This document shows, piece after piece, positions 9,777-18,156 of a DNA stretch of 24,885 bases. The position numbers were made by a program, and so were the translations under genes. The notes beneath the pieces were generated by a model. It made no database searches and was not told the DNA's origin. It worked only from the letters and a program-made list of their open reading frames with translations. The stretch lies in UHGV virus genome UHGV-1445333; one strand, written 5' to 3'. Within the stretch, counting starts at the first letter, position 1; the number at the start of each line of letters is the position of its first letter. The DNA is from a virus.

Positions 9777-10310
9777 GTCTTACCCCCAATAAGGGGATTT
9801 GCTCTATTTAATTAGGAATAAGGTCGATTACTGATAGAACAAATCCAGGCTACTGTGTTTAGTAATCAGATTTGTTCGTGACCGATATGCACGGGCAAAA
9901 CGGCAGGAGGTTGTTAGCGCAACCTCATGCCACCCGCTTTCACGAAGGTCATGTGTAGAAGGCCGCAGCATAACTATCACTGATGAATCCAGGATAGCCA
10001 GTGGCTACGGCCAAGTTTGGGTTGTGGCGGTCGGTGCTGAACTCCGACTTAATGACGATAGGCGTGTACCGACGCCTCGTTTTACTTCCTCCGCTTTCAC
10101 GGCTTCACCCTAGACCAGCTTTACGAAATCCTCGTAAACCTAACCGCGGCAGATATGACCGGCACGGTGTGCCATATCACGGACCGGCGGGTGTCTCGTT
10201 CACCTGATTAACGCATCAGCCTGCGTATTCACCACAACGATAAGAGCACTGCGCGGCACCTTTCACCAATTCCGCGAGGTCTGCGGGTTCAATGCTCTTA
10301 CCTGTTGTGC

Positions 10311-10355
10311 AAACAAAAAAGCCACCGTTGCAACTTAAGAGTCACTAACGGCAGC
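10311..10355 (-). terminator. tR'-like late-leader terminator
   Basis: Minus-strand GCUGCCGUU...AACGGUGGC (9-bp stem with two G-U pairs, 17-nt loop) followed by UUUUUUGUUUG; the following GCACAACAGGTAAGAGCATTGA matches what I recall lying just after lambda tR'. Confidence 0.5.
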
Positions 10356-10365
10356 TTACCCTCTA

Positions 10366-10395
10366 ATTATGGCTAAATGGCTAATTGCATGTCAA
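10366..10395 (-). promoter_or_regulatory. Candidate late promoter pR' (-35 TTGACA, 18-bp spacer, -10 CATAAT)
   Basis: Minus strand: TTGACA at 10395-10390 and CATAAT at 10371-10366; the -35 lies in the last codons of Q and the -10 just past its stop; start would fall about 45 nt upstream of the tR' U-tract. Confidence 0.45.
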
Positions 10396-10891
10396 GGTTT
10401 TTAACAGCAACATGCTTAACTTTCTCAACACGTTTACGCATTTTGAAAGCATTTTGCATTGGCTGGTATAAAACAAATAATGACGCCTTCAGGATGTCGT
10501 CAATTTCGTTTCTACAGGTTGCCAGTGAAGGTTTTCTCCATCCCTCGCCACCACGTCCACACATCTTGCGTGGCTTTGCAGTCGCGTGATAGTAGGATGC
10601 AATTGCTCGCTTAGATGAACCATGAGCGTAGTAGCTGAGGAGGATGCCAAAGGCTTTCTTGTCAATGTACATGACGGAATCGACGACCTGAGAAATCAAC
10701 ATTCCATCATCATCATTACACATTGGCCTTGTCATAACTCTTCCCGGCTCTACGCTCTCCATGAACTTCGCTATTACGCTGCTCATGCGCTTTTCCAGGC
10801 GACCTGAATAAACCCATGCGCCCCACAGTTCAAGCCAGCCATTCAGCCAATCGTGCTGCTCTTTGGTGAGGTTTAGTTCTCTTATGCCCAT
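10373..10891 (-). CDS. Late-gene antiterminator Q, non-lambda type, 172 aa
   Basis: Sits between ninI and the pR'/tR'/S region exactly where Q lies in lambdoid phages; sequence is unlike lambda Q; Cys/His-containing C-terminal region. Family assignment is by position and general resemblance only. Confidence 0.6.
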   Translation of the reverse strand: MGIRELNLTKEQHDWLNGWLELWGAWVYSGRLEKRMSSVIAKFMESVEPGRVMTRPMCNDDDGMLISQVVDSVMYIDKKAFGILLSYYAHGSSKRAIASYYHATAKPRKMCGRGGEGWRKPSLATCRNEIDDILKASLFVLYQPMQNAFKMRKRVEKVKHVAVKNLDMQLAI

Positions 10892-11553
10892 GCGCCTTCT
10901 CCCTGTACCTGAATCAATGTGAGGTTTCCGCAGAACACCGCGCCGGTATCGATATACATCTGGTTGGCAAATTTGAGTGGTTTCACTGCTGGCGTATGAC
11001 CAAAGATGAACGTGTCCGCTCCTTTGATTTCTTTCACGATCCCGTCTTGTGAGTTGCTGATTCGTTCGCGGTTCCAGATTACCTGCTGATGATCAACTGG
11101 CTTTCCAAATTCGTATTCGTCACAAGGATAATCGGCGTGGCAGATGACATATTTTTTATCTTTGCTCACCAGTTCGATGATTAGCGGAAGTTCATCTGCT
11201 TTATGGGCAAGAGCTTTAGCCAGAATTTCTTTGTCGTAATCGAGATTAAAGAACCAGCCACCGCCATTAAGCTGCCAGTGATTAACGTTTCCACGCTCTG
11301 ATAAGCCATCAATCATCATTTGCTCATGGTTTCCACGTACAGATCTGAACCAGGGGAATGTGATTAATTCCAGGCATTCGACGTTCTCTGTACCGCGATC
11401 AACCAAATCGCCCACTGAGATAAGCAGGTCTTTTTTGGTGTCGAATCCTATCGTCTCCAGTTTTTTCATCAGGTTCGTGTAGCATCCGTGCAGATCGCCA
11501 ACTACCCAAATATTTCGGTATTTGCTGCCATCAATTTTTTCGTAATAGCGCAT
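10882..11553 (-). CDS. ninI: Ser/Thr protein phosphatase NinI, 223 aa
   Basis: Track ORF trimmed to ATG at 11553 ([25 protein letters not shown]...); GDLHG and GNHE metallophosphatase motifs; matches lambda NinI from memory. Confidence 0.9.
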   Translation of the reverse strand: MRYYEKIDGSKYRNIWVVGDLHGCYTNLMKKLETIGFDTKKDLLISVGDLVDRGTENVECLELITFPWFRSVRGNHEQMMIDGLSERGNVNHWQLNGGGWFFNLDYDKEILAKALAHKADELPLIIELVSKDKKYVICHADYPCDEYEFGKPVDHQQVIWNRERISNSQDGIVKEIKGADTFIFGHTPAVKPLKFANQMYIDTGAVFCGNLTLIQVQGEGAWA

Positions 11554-11737
11554 CTCTTTCACTCCATCCGCGATGAACCATGAGAACGTCGTTGACGATG
11601 GCGTGCATTTTCCCGTCTTTATCATCAACGTATTTTCTGACCGTGCCGCGACTACATTTCAGTCTGCGTGCTACTTCTGTCTGGTTTCCGTATGCTTCAA
11701 CGAGCATGTCTGGAATGGTTTTTACTGAGAACGTCAT
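11531..11737 (-). CDS. ninH: NinH, 68 aa
   Basis: Product [37 protein letters not shown]... matches lambda NinH from memory; ATGA overlap with the ninG stop. Confidence 0.88.
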   Translation of the reverse strand: MTFSVKTIPDMLVEAYGNQTEVARRLKCSRGTVRKYVDDKDGKMHAIVNDVLMVHRGWSERDALLRKN

Positions 11738-12336
11738 GCGGCCTCACTTCTGCTATTTCGCAGGTCTTTGAGTTTCTGTTGGTACTCTGCCTTGATCGCC
11801 TTGCACTCTTCGATAGTCCAGCGATGGCGGTTATGGTTTGATTCGATTTCGTCTACTGCTTCCTGCCCGATGCGGCTAATCAGTTCGACGCGATACGGAA
11901 CGAGATTTCCGCTTTTGTGCTGGTTGCACACCACGCATTGCTTGTGAATATTGCGTTCATCAAATCGGAGTTGAGGTGCCGCAGCAGTTGTCCGGTAATG
12001 TCCGGCATCCCACTGAGCAGACGTGAGCGTTCCGCACGAGATACATGGTAAGTCGCGGTCTCTTTCTCTGATGAAGGCGTTTACGGCTTGTTGGGCTTGT
12101 TTAATCCAGTAACTGCGGGGCTTTAAGGCGAGTTTTCGAATCTTAAGTTTATCTTTCTGTTTCTGCTCCTCTCGTCGCCGTTTCTTCTCTGCTGCTTTTT
12201 CCGCTTTTTCGCGTTCTTTGCTTCGTCGTTCGAGTGCTATCTTTGTTCCACAAATCTCATTACACCAATATTGATTTTGATATTTTGGTATAAACCATTC
12301 ATTGCAACATTTACATTTCCTTCGATAGATTCGCAT
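11734..12336 (-). CDS. ninG: NinG (Rap) recombination endonuclease, about 200 aa, with a divergent N-terminus
   Basis: From [18 protein letters not shown]... to the C-terminus it matches lambda NinG from memory; start set at ATG 12336 (strong SD AAGGAG, 5-nt spacer); the first 28 residues ([29 protein letters not shown]) differ from lambda but keep the Cys pattern. Confidence 0.8.
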   Translation of the reverse strand: MRIYRRKCKCCNEWFIPKYQNQYWCNEICGTKIALERRSKEREKAEKAAEKKRRREEQKQKDKLKIRKLALKPRSYWIKQAQQAVNAFIRERDRDLPCISCGTLTSAQWDAGHYRTTAAAPQLRFDERNIHKQCVVCNQHKSGNLVPYRVELISRIGQEAVDEIESNHNRHRWTIEECKAIKAEYQQKLKDLRNSRSEAA

Positions 12337-12850
12337 AAGTGCTCCTTTCGTTGCCGGAAAAATCACCGTAATACTTATCTCGGGCTTCTTCAGCAACTAG
12401 TACCGCTAACTCCAGATCATCAAAGCATCCGAAGTGTTTACTCTTGCCATGGAAACCTAGCCTAACATTCCATTTTTTCTGTCGTTTGTGCCAAGTAACT
12501 CCTCTGCAACCTGATTTGCTATTCTTTCGGATCCTTATATTTCTTGAATTTTCTATTGGCAGGCATTCTCTTAAATTTTCTGGCCTATTGTCGGTCCTAA
12601 TTCCATTAACGTGGTCAATTTGACCAGCAGGCCAACGATTATGAGTTATGTAAAAAACTAAGACGTGAGTTTTATATCTACGCCCATCTATCATGATCAT
12701 TGAATAACCGTTGGAATCAAAAGTTCCAGCAACACTATTTAATGCTATCCTTCCCTGAGTGGGAACTTTCCATCTAAATACCCCGGTAGATTTATCGAAA
12801 CTTAGTAACTCAAATATCCTTTTAACAGTTAAATCTTCTCTTTTACGGTT
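12255..12850 (-). mobile_element. Putative endonuclease insertion cassette within the 5' end of ninG (approximate boundaries)
   Basis: About 0.6 kb of visibly AT-rich sequence carrying the HNH ORF and a replacement ninG 5' end, flanked by sequence I recognise as lambda-like (ninF/ninG start upstream, ninG from GTKIALERR downstream). Confidence 0.5.
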
Positions 12851-12877
12851 ACATCGTCTTCGCGCTGGTTTAGCCAT
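12311..12877 (-). CDS. HNH homing endonuclease with AP2-like DNA-binding domain, 188 aa, fused to the first 9 codons of ninG
   Basis: HNH motif ([26 protein letters not shown]) plus AP2-like segment ([15 protein letters not shown]...[17 protein letters not shown]); starts MAKPARRRC, the lambda NinG N-terminus, at the ATG overlapping the ninF stop; AT-rich relative to neighbours. Confidence 0.8.
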   Translation of the reverse strand: MAKPARRRCNRKREDLTVKRIFELLSFDKSTGVFRWKVPTQGRIALNSVAGTFDSNGYSMIMIDGRRYKTHVLVFYITHNRWPAGQIDHVNGIRTDNRPENLRECLPIENSRNIRIRKNSKSGCRGVTWHKRQKKWNVRLGFHGKSKHFGCFDDLELAVLVAEEARDKYYGDFSGNERSTYANLSKEM

Positions 12878-13046
12878 CGTCTTCTTCCTCGTACATTGAG
12901 CTATTCGGATCGCTCATCAGTTCTGCGCAGCAGTGCTCACACACGTGAACTTCCAGCACATGCAGCTTCTGACCGCAGTTAGCGCACGTTAAAGCCCGCT
13001 CGACGCTTTCTTTCTGGTATTGAAGGGATTGGGATGGGCTAAGCAT
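12870..13046 (-). CDS. ninF: NinF, 58 aa
   Basis: Translated by hand codon by codon: [58 protein letters not shown], matching lambda NinF from memory; not in the ORF track because it is under 60 aa. Confidence 0.75.
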   Translation of the reverse strand: MLSPSQSLQYQKESVERALTCANCGQKLHVLEVHVCEHCCAELMSDPNSSMYEEEDDG

Positions 13047-13404
13047 TATTGGCGTCCTGCATCATGAGAAAGACAATCATGGCAGCGCGGAGTGGGTTTT
13101 CATCTTGAGTCATATGATATGGGGTACTATCACTGCCAACTTTTCTATGCGCTGCCTTCCATAATCCATTTTCTGGCGCTGGAATAATGCCAATTCTGTT
13201 CTCTACGATAATCGGCTCTGCGTCTGACGGGCTTTTACAGTAATCAACCGTTTTTATTGCATAACCAGTTTCGTCATCCCACTCAACACCAACGATTGAT
13301 GTTCCCAACTTTGCGATTTCGCAATCTTCGGGAGCAAATCCACAGCAAATTGCCACTCGCTTGTTAATTTCAAAATCACTTAACTGTGAATAATCCATTG
13401 TCAT
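13039..13404 (-). CDS. nin-region protein of unknown function (DUF2591-like), about 121 aa
   Basis: Track ORF 13039-13440 (GTG start) trimmed to ATG at 13404, which overlaps the ninE stop (ATGA); product [18 protein letters not shown]... resembles small nin-region proteins of lambdoid phages. A second in-frame ATG at 13398 has the better SD spacing. Confidence 0.55.
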   Translation of the reverse strand: MTMDYSQLSDFEINKRVAICCGFAPEDCEIAKLGTSIVGVEWDDETGYAIKTVDYCKSPSDAEPIIVENRIGIIPAPENGLWKAAHRKVGSDSTPYHMTQDENPLRAAMIVFLMMQDANNA

Positions 13405-13577
13405 TTCCTCGCACGATGTCTTAGCCACCGGATATCCCACAGGTGAGCCGTGTAATTGAAGGTTTTTACGTCAGATTCTTTTGGGATTGGCTTGCGTTTA
13501 TTTCTGGAGCGTTTCGTTGGAAGGTATTTGCAGTTTTCGCAGATGATGTCGGTGAAACTTCGTCGCTGTCGTCTCAT
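13401..13577 (-). CDS. ninE: NinE, 58 aa
   Basis: Translated by hand: [58 protein letters not shown], matching lambda NinE from memory; ATGA overlap with the ninB stop. Confidence 0.7.
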   Translation of the reverse strand: MRRQRRSFTDIICENCKYLPTKRSRNKRKPIPKESDVKTFNYTAHLWDIRWLRHRARK

Positions 13578-13984
13578 TCGTACCTCCTGTCGGTAAATCT
13601 GACACCCTGACCAATAGCCCAGGATGTTGTGTACTCGATCAGACTTGCCATACGCTTCACGCTCATCTGCGCGCTGCTTTCGCGAATGTTGACGTATTCG
13701 CCTTCAAGGCCGGGCAAAACATCAGCTTCCTGTTTTGTTGCCACTGCATGACCGCTGATCAACAAAACCTTCCATTGTTCCGGTTTTAACCATTTGCCGC
13801 ACCATTGAACCTGACGTGCGATATCCGCCAGCATCGCGTGAAATTTTGCGTTCTGGTCAAGGTTGCGCTTGTAGTCAATAATGCGGATGGTGACTGGCTT
13901 GTCTTTATCGAGTGGTGTTGCGAGGATGGCGTTGATTGCGGCTTGCTGTTGTTGCTTAGTTCGGAGGAATATTGTTTGCTTCAC
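13574..13984 (-). CDS. ninB: NinB (Orf-family recombination mediator), 136 aa
   Basis: Conserved block [25 protein letters not shown] aligns with lambda NinB LDQNRKLWACLGDVSRQVEWHGRWL; first gene of the nin cluster. Confidence 0.8.
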   Translation of the reverse strand: MKQTIFLRTKQQQQAAINAILATPLDKDKPVTIRIIDYKRNLDQNAKFHAMLADIARQVQWCGKWLKPEQWKVLLISGHAVATKQEADVLPGLEGEYVNIRESSAQMSVKRMASLIEYTTSWAIGQGVRFTDRRYE

Positions 13985-13995
13985 TGAACACTCCT

Positions 13996-14187
13996 TTATT
14001 TTTTATGCCTGTAACCCCATTCTTCCAGCAACCTTGCGGCGTACCACCCAAGAAACAAAGGAAAGAACATTACAATGAGATATTCCCCGCCACGGTCAAT
14101 GTTCGAAATTGACCAGATTACGATGTAACCAGTGCAGGACAGGAATATTACAAACCCCAAAAAGCTACTTCGTCGACTCATGCTCAC
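13996..14187 (-). CDS. Hypothetical small membrane protein, 63 aa
   Basis: ORF-track product with two hydrophobic stretches; same strand, abuts the next ORF. Confidence 0.4.
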   Translation of the reverse strand: MSMSRRSSFLGFVIFLSCTGYIVIWSISNIDRGGEYLIVMFFPLFLGWYAARLLEEWGYRHKK

Positions 14188-14447
14188 TCCTTCACTTTGA
14201 TTCCAGCGGCGCGGATAGCCTCTACATCGCTTTCGTATTGCGATTCTGCACCTGAGTCATAGCCAATGTGATAATCACCGGGAAGTGGGCCTTTCTTTGG
14301 CTTTTGCAGCTCAATTTCAATAGCTGCTCGCGATGCCTGCCACGCTTGCCAATACATCTCAACCATATTGGCGTATATTTTATTTTTAGGATCACATCCG
14401 GTGTAATTTTCAAACCATTCTTCAAACTTCTTTCTTGATTCGTCCAT
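14184..14447 (-). CDS. Hypothetical protein, 87 aa
   Basis: ORF-track product; acidic, Trp-rich; 4-nt overlap with the downstream ORF suggests coupling. Confidence 0.45.
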   Translation of the reverse strand: MDESRKKFEEWFENYTGCDPKNKIYANMVEMYWQAWQASRAAIEIELQKPKKGPLPGDYHIGYDSGAESQYESDVEAIRAAGIKVKE

Positions 14448-14464
14448 CGGTACTTACCCTCAGT

Positions 14465-14671
14465 TCAACTCACAAAACGCCACGCCATTTTTGCTACGAC
14501 AACAGGCATAACACCGATAATCACCCACAGGAAAATGCTACCGAGAAGCACACCAACCAGGTCTTTACCTTCGCCTAACAACCGGACAAAACTGCTGGCA
14601 ACCACAATGAACGTCGCCACCATCCACATAGCACCGAGAATCCTCAATGCAGAAAAAATCAACTCAACCAC
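14465..14671 (-). CDS. Hypothetical small membrane protein, 68 aa (GTG start)
   Basis: GTG at 14671 preceded by GGGGGAGGG (6-nt spacer); product is almost entirely hydrophobic (two predicted TM helices). Confidence 0.45.
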   Translation of the reverse strand: MVELIFSALRILGAMWMVATFIVVASSFVRLLGEGKDLVGVLLGSIFLWVIIGVMPVVVAKMAWRFVS

Positions 14672-14684
14672 GATCTACCCTCCC

Positions 14685-14718
14685 CCAAATAAAAAGGCCT
14701 GCGATTACCAGCAGGCCT
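14685..14718 (-). terminator. Strong intrinsic terminator after the helicase gene (tR2-like position)
   Basis: Minus strand AGGCCUGC-UGGUAAUC-GCAGGCCU (perfect 8-bp stem) followed by UUUUUAUUUGG; begins about 30 nt after the helicase stop, where lambda has tR2 ahead of the nin genes. Confidence 0.65.
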
Positions 14719-14747
14719 GTTACAAGCTCAGTGATGTAGATGGTCAT

Positions 14748-16628
14748 TTAATACTCCGTCACGTTTTCCTGTCGCCACGCCTCGTCATATTCCGATTTCG
14801 GCATATTGGCGATGTAGCTATATGGCGATCCTGATTCAAGTTGCAGGAACTGGTGCGATTGCTCGTCAAGGAACAACGGGACACCACCTTCCCAACCTTC
14901 GCCGTTACGTTGTTTTTCAAGCATCAAAACAGATGCCGGAGATGCCAGTAGCTGTTCGTCCTTCTCTGACATCTTTTCACCACTCTGAACTCTCTGTAAC
15001 GCTCTCTCGCGAGCCTTGTTACGCCAGATGATGAAAAGGTTGTCTGTCAGGTCTGTTATCGCTCCAGAGCCTTTTACGTCCATTTTCCCGGTTGGTTTTT
15101 CTTCGCTGTCACCTTTTCGCGAGTGAGTAACGAGAATGACGTGGGAGTTTGTTTTGTTTTTGAAATCGCAAATCGAGTCAACAAACGCCTTCTGCCCGTT
15201 ATAGTCATCGTCGCCTATGCCACATTTCATCAGGCTGTCGATGATGAATAACTGGATGCCGTATCGGCGGCGAGCGTAGTCGAATATTTCGATCAGCCTG
15301 TCGGCTTTCGCCGTTCCGGTCAGGCCAAACACCCAAAGTCTTTCGTCATAAAATTTAAATGCAGAGTCAATTTCCAGCACTGGCGGCATCTTGCAGCACG
15401 TCGCCTGACGGGTAAGGCGCTTAAGGAGAATACCAGGCTTCAGCTCAAGTGACGCGATGCACGTCTTCACACCCTGACGCATTGCCTCAAGTGCCATATG
15501 CCCGACAACCTCCGTTTTTCCGTGACCGTTCACACCATTGACCAGCGTCAACTCTGCCTCACGGAACTGGAATTTATCTGCCAGAGATTCCCACGGTGGA
15601 TTAAACAGATACTGCTGCTTGCCGTAGAAAGCGTTGATAGTGTCCTGGTAAAACTCTCGCGCACTGTAGAGTTCTTCAGGATCGAAGTAGGATGCCGTGC
15701 CGATGTACTGCCAGATTTCATCCTCGGTAACACCGTTCATCAGGCATTCGTTGATGTCTTTGTACGGCAGAGTAACAAGACGGCAACGATGTTCACCGAG
15801 TCGGCTTGCGATTTCCCTTGCGGCTTCACGACCAACATCATCAACGTCCATCGAGATGAATATTTCCTCAAACCTGTCGAGGTTGTGGTACTCAAACTCA
15901 ATCCACTGTTGCTTAGCGCCTTTCCCGCCACCAAACGGCACGGATAACGCCGAGATGCCGTATTGCGCATAGCTCATACAATCAATTTCGCCTTCGCAAA
16001 GTACAACCGCCCTCACGCCAGCGTCCAGAGCCTGCCATCCGAACAGACAAGGTTCGCAATCACCTTCTGCCATAATGACTTTCTTCCCGTCCGGGCGCTC
16101 AGTGCTGATTCGCTTGACCTGCAACAACTCACCATCGCGTTTGTACGGAAGCACCAGTGCATCAAGTTCTCGTTCTCCATTCCACACCTTGCCGCTGACA
16201 ACCTCGTAGCGCTTTACGACTTCTGGCGATATGCCACGCGATTGCAGGTACTCAAGATGGGATTCTGTTCTGGTAACGTAGCGGGCGATTTTCTTGCGGT
16301 CAGGTCTGGAGAATTTCTTCTCACGTCTGGCATCGAAATGGTGATCGTCATCCTTGATTCCGAGAAAGGCTTTCGCTTCCTGCATAGCCTGATGCAGGTT
16401 AATTCCACGACATGCCATCCACAAATCAAGCATGTCACCGCCGTCTCCCTCAGCGAAATCAGCCCATTTTTTCTTGCCGCTAAGGTTGACCTTAAGGCTG
16501 TTTCCCTTGTCACCGTTGACGTTACCGGCAACCCACTCATGCCCCTCTTTCTTGCCATTTGGCAACAGGTGCGGAGCCACCCTGTCAACCTGCGCCCAAA
16601 GCAGGTCGCTAAGTTCACTTGGCCTCAT
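14748..16628 (-). CDS. Bifunctional DNA primase (TOPRIM) / DnaB-family replicative helicase, 626 aa
   Basis: TOPRIM-like acidic motif (VVLCEGEIDCMSYAQYG) in the middle; Walker A (NGVNGHGKTE) and Walker B-like (LFIIDSL) in the C-terminal half; follows the O-like initiator in place of lambda P. Confidence 0.85.
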   Translation of the reverse strand: MRPSELSDLLWAQVDRVAPHLLPNGKKEGHEWVAGNVNGDKGNSLKVNLSGKKKWADFAEGDGGDMLDLWMACRGINLHQAMQEAKAFLGIKDDDHHFDARREKKFSRPDRKKIARYVTRTESHLEYLQSRGISPEVVKRYEVVSGKVWNGERELDALVLPYKRDGELLQVKRISTERPDGKKVIMAEGDCEPCLFGWQALDAGVRAVVLCEGEIDCMSYAQYGISALSVPFGGGKGAKQQWIEFEYHNLDRFEEIFISMDVDDVGREAAREIASRLGEHRCRLVTLPYKDINECLMNGVTEDEIWQYIGTASYFDPEELYSAREFYQDTINAFYGKQQYLFNPPWESLADKFQFREAELTLVNGVNGHGKTEVVGHMALEAMRQGVKTCIASLELKPGILLKRLTRQATCCKMPPVLEIDSAFKFYDERLWVFGLTGTAKADRLIEIFDYARRRYGIQLFIIDSLMKCGIGDDDYNGQKAFVDSICDFKNKTNSHVILVTHSRKGDSEEKPTGKMDVKGSGAITDLTDNLFIIWRNKARERALQRVQSGEKMSEKDEQLLASPASVLMLEKQRNGEGWEGGVPLFLDEQSHQFLQLESGSPYSYIANMPKSEYDEAWRQENVTEY

Positions 16629-16732
16629 GATTCCCTCAGATTGAAATTTTTAAACCAGAAATCGACAAACGAAATACTTAACCAGCCGTGGTTATAACCA
16701 GCGACCAGTAGCGATTTGATTTTTGATTTCAT
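16625..16732 (-). CDS. Possible 35-aa micro-ORF bridging the O and helicase genes
   Basis: Read by hand: ATG 3 nt after the O stop, TGA overlapping the helicase ATG (ATGA); product MKSKIKSLLVAGYNHGWLSISFVDFWFKNFNLRES; weak SD. Confidence 0.25.
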   Translation of the reverse strand: MKSKIKSLLVAGYNHGWLSISFVDFWFKNFNLRES

Positions 16733-16735
16733 GGT

Positions 16736-17596
16736 TCACCTGTCGAAAAACACGTAGCCAGTTTTCGATACGGTGATTGCGGATGATGGTTTGGATTGTG
16801 GTTGAATAGTTTCTGGCTTCTCGTCGTTCCAGCGTTGACCGTTCAGGTAGCTCGATGGTAACAACCTGTCGAATCCGAACTGCTTACCATTCCTGCATGC
16901 GATGTCTTCTGCCAGCATCGTGGCAAACTCGCTTGCCGTACCCCTGGTAGTTTTACGCCATTCCCTGAACTGTGTTCTGAATGCCGAAGCTGCGTTTTTC
17001 TTCCCGGCCTTCCGCATGCCTGCACACCAGAATATTTCCTCGAATGCCTTGTCGGTTTCTTCGTGACGGTCAGGTGATTTTTCACACTCCGTCCGAACAC
17101 TTTCGGACATAGTGTTTTTATTATTTCTTTTTTCTTTTGTAATAGTTTCTTTTGTGTGTCCCTGTTTTGGTGACAGCGCTGTCACCGTTTTGGTGACACT
17201 TTTTGTCACCAATGCAGTGACATTATCACCAGAGTAGTGACACCCTTCGATTTGCCATTCCTCGATGTTCTTGTTAGGCCCGATTTGCTGGCCTTCGCGA
17301 AGGATAACCTTCATCGCGATAAGCTCATTCTTGGCTTTGTTTACCTTCTGTCTTGGCAGCCGGGTAATTTGAGCTAACTGACTATCAGAGATGCGATCCA
17401 TCTTTTTACCGTAGCCGTATGTTTTACGGCATATGGCGTGGGCAACCTTGCTCTGATTTTTCGTTAAATCTGCGCCGATAAGCTCTTCATACAGGGCATT
17501 TGCAAGACGGGTATAACCATCTTCAACTTCTGCCACACGACGCTCCACAGGCCGTTGTGAAGGCCTTAAATGTGTTACGGTTGCAAGATTACTCAT
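16736..17596 (-). CDS. O: Replication initiator, lambda O-like, 286 aa
   Basis: N-terminal domain [55 protein letters not shown] aligns with lambda O (DGYARLSNMLLEAYSGADLTKRQFKVLLAILRKTYGWNKPMDRITDSQLSEITKL); iterons lie inside the gene as in lambda. Confidence 0.82.
   Translation of the reverse strand: MSNLATVTHLRPSQRPVERRVAEVEDGYTRLANALYEELIGADLTKNQSKVAHAICRKTYGYGKKMDRISDSQLAQITRLPRQKVNKAKNELIAMKVILREGQQIGPNKNIEEWQIEGCHYSGDNVTALVTKSVTKTVTALSPKQGHTKETITKEKRNNKNTMSESVRTECEKSPDRHEETDKAFEEIFWCAGMRKAGKKNAASAFRTQFREWRKTTRGTASEFATMLAEDIACRNGKQFGFDRLLPSSYLNGQRWNDEKPETIQPQSKPSSAITVSKTGYVFFDR
17105..17246. repeat. Replication origin: four iterons with a roughly 22-23 bp period plus an adjacent AT-rich tract, inside the O-like gene
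   Basis: GGTGACAGCGCTGTCACC (17169-17186), GGTGACACTTTTTGTCACC (17192-17210), GCAGTGACATTATCACC (17214-17230), GTAGTGACACCC (17235-17246); AT-rich 17105-17160 follows in the direction of O transcription, as in lambda ori. Confidence 0.6.
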
Positions 17597-17735
17597 GACC
17601 TTTCTCCTTCTGCATCAGCTTCACTTTTTCCAACTCAGCCCGGAATCGACCAGGCTGCTTGAAGCTGGACAGGAAGCGATCACGTAGTATGTGTTTGTGA
17701 ATTTTGTCCTGGTAAGGACTGAGTTGTTTTGTCAT
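17589..17735 (-). CDS. Hypothetical 48-aa protein between cII and O
   Basis: Read by hand: ATG at 17735 with SD AGGAG (5-nt spacer); product [48 protein letters not shown]; its stop overlaps the O start region. Confidence 0.4.
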   Translation of the reverse strand: MTKQLSPYQDKIHKHILRDRFLSSFKQPGRFRAELEKVKLMQKEKGHE

Positions 17736-17769
17736 AATGACTCCTGTGGATTGATCCAGTCTTTCTACA

Positions 17770-18048
17770 TCAGGCCTCGAAGAATTCGCCGTTCTTCGGG
17801 GCTTTTTCTTTTGTCAGCATTCTGGCTACTTTCTTAGCCAGTTCCGCCAACTCCTCGTCTTCAACACCCCATTCAAGAACAGCCAGAAGCATTCCCATTT
17901 TTGGGATAAAGCTGTCTTTCCATCGCGAAATTTGCGATTCATTGATCCCTAATGCATCAGCAACCTTTCGCTGACCACGTACAGCAATTCGATTCAGGAT
18001 GTTGCTTGTAATTGCATTCGCTTTCTTGCGAGTACTTGTAAGTTCCAT
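17770..18048 (-). CDS. cII: CII transcriptional activator, 92 aa
   Basis: Track ORF trimmed to ATG 18048; upstream TAAGGAAATACTTACAT matches the lambda cII leader I recall; SQISRWK...[13 protein letters not shown] core matches lambda CII. Confidence 0.85.
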   Translation of the reverse strand: MELTSTRKKANAITSNILNRIAVRGQRKVADALGINESQISRWKDSFIPKMGMLLAVLEWGVEDEELAELAKKVARMLTKEKAPKNGEFFEA

Positions 18049-18107
18049 ATGTAAGTATTTCCTTAACAAATAAGAAGTTATGCGCATCAACTTATGCGCG
18101 TTGTATT

Positions 18108-18150
18108 CCCGCATTTCGGCGGGAATGAGGACCATGACTGTTAAAGAGCG
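18108..18150 (-). promoter_or_regulatory. nutR (boxA CGCTCTTTAACA + boxB hairpin)
   Basis: Minus strand: boxA CGCTCTTTAACA (18150-18139) and boxB CCCGC-CGAAAT-GCGGG (18123-18108), between cro and cII; boxB is identical to the one at nutL. Confidence 0.65.
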
Positions 18151-18156
18151 GTGTTA

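Noticed and set aside
10882-11628. N-terminally extended track ORFs for ninI (11628), ninG (12396), cII (18135), cro (18357 GTG), cIII (22487), erf (23060 TTG) and the 24256 ORF
   Set aside because: In each case an internal ATG reproduces the known lambda N-terminus and/or has a properly spaced SD or start-stop coupling; the extensions overlap upstream genes.
14664-14747. 27-codon hydrophobic micro-ORF after the helicase gene
   Set aside because: Its sequence is the strong terminator hairpin and U-tract; the hydrophobic peptide is most simply a by-product of that structure.
15963-16697. 244-aa plus-strand ORF, with further 60-150-aa ORFs on both strands, inside the primase-helicase gene
   Set aside because: Lies entirely within a well-supported 626-aa gene with clear motifs on the minus strand; no SD or motif; typical shadow ORFs.
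18061-18099. tR1-like hairpin between nutR and cII (GCGCAU-AAGUUG-AUGCGC on the minus strand)
   Set aside because: No adjacent U-tract; could be a Rho-dependent tR1 as in lambda, but the sequence alone does not support calling a terminator.
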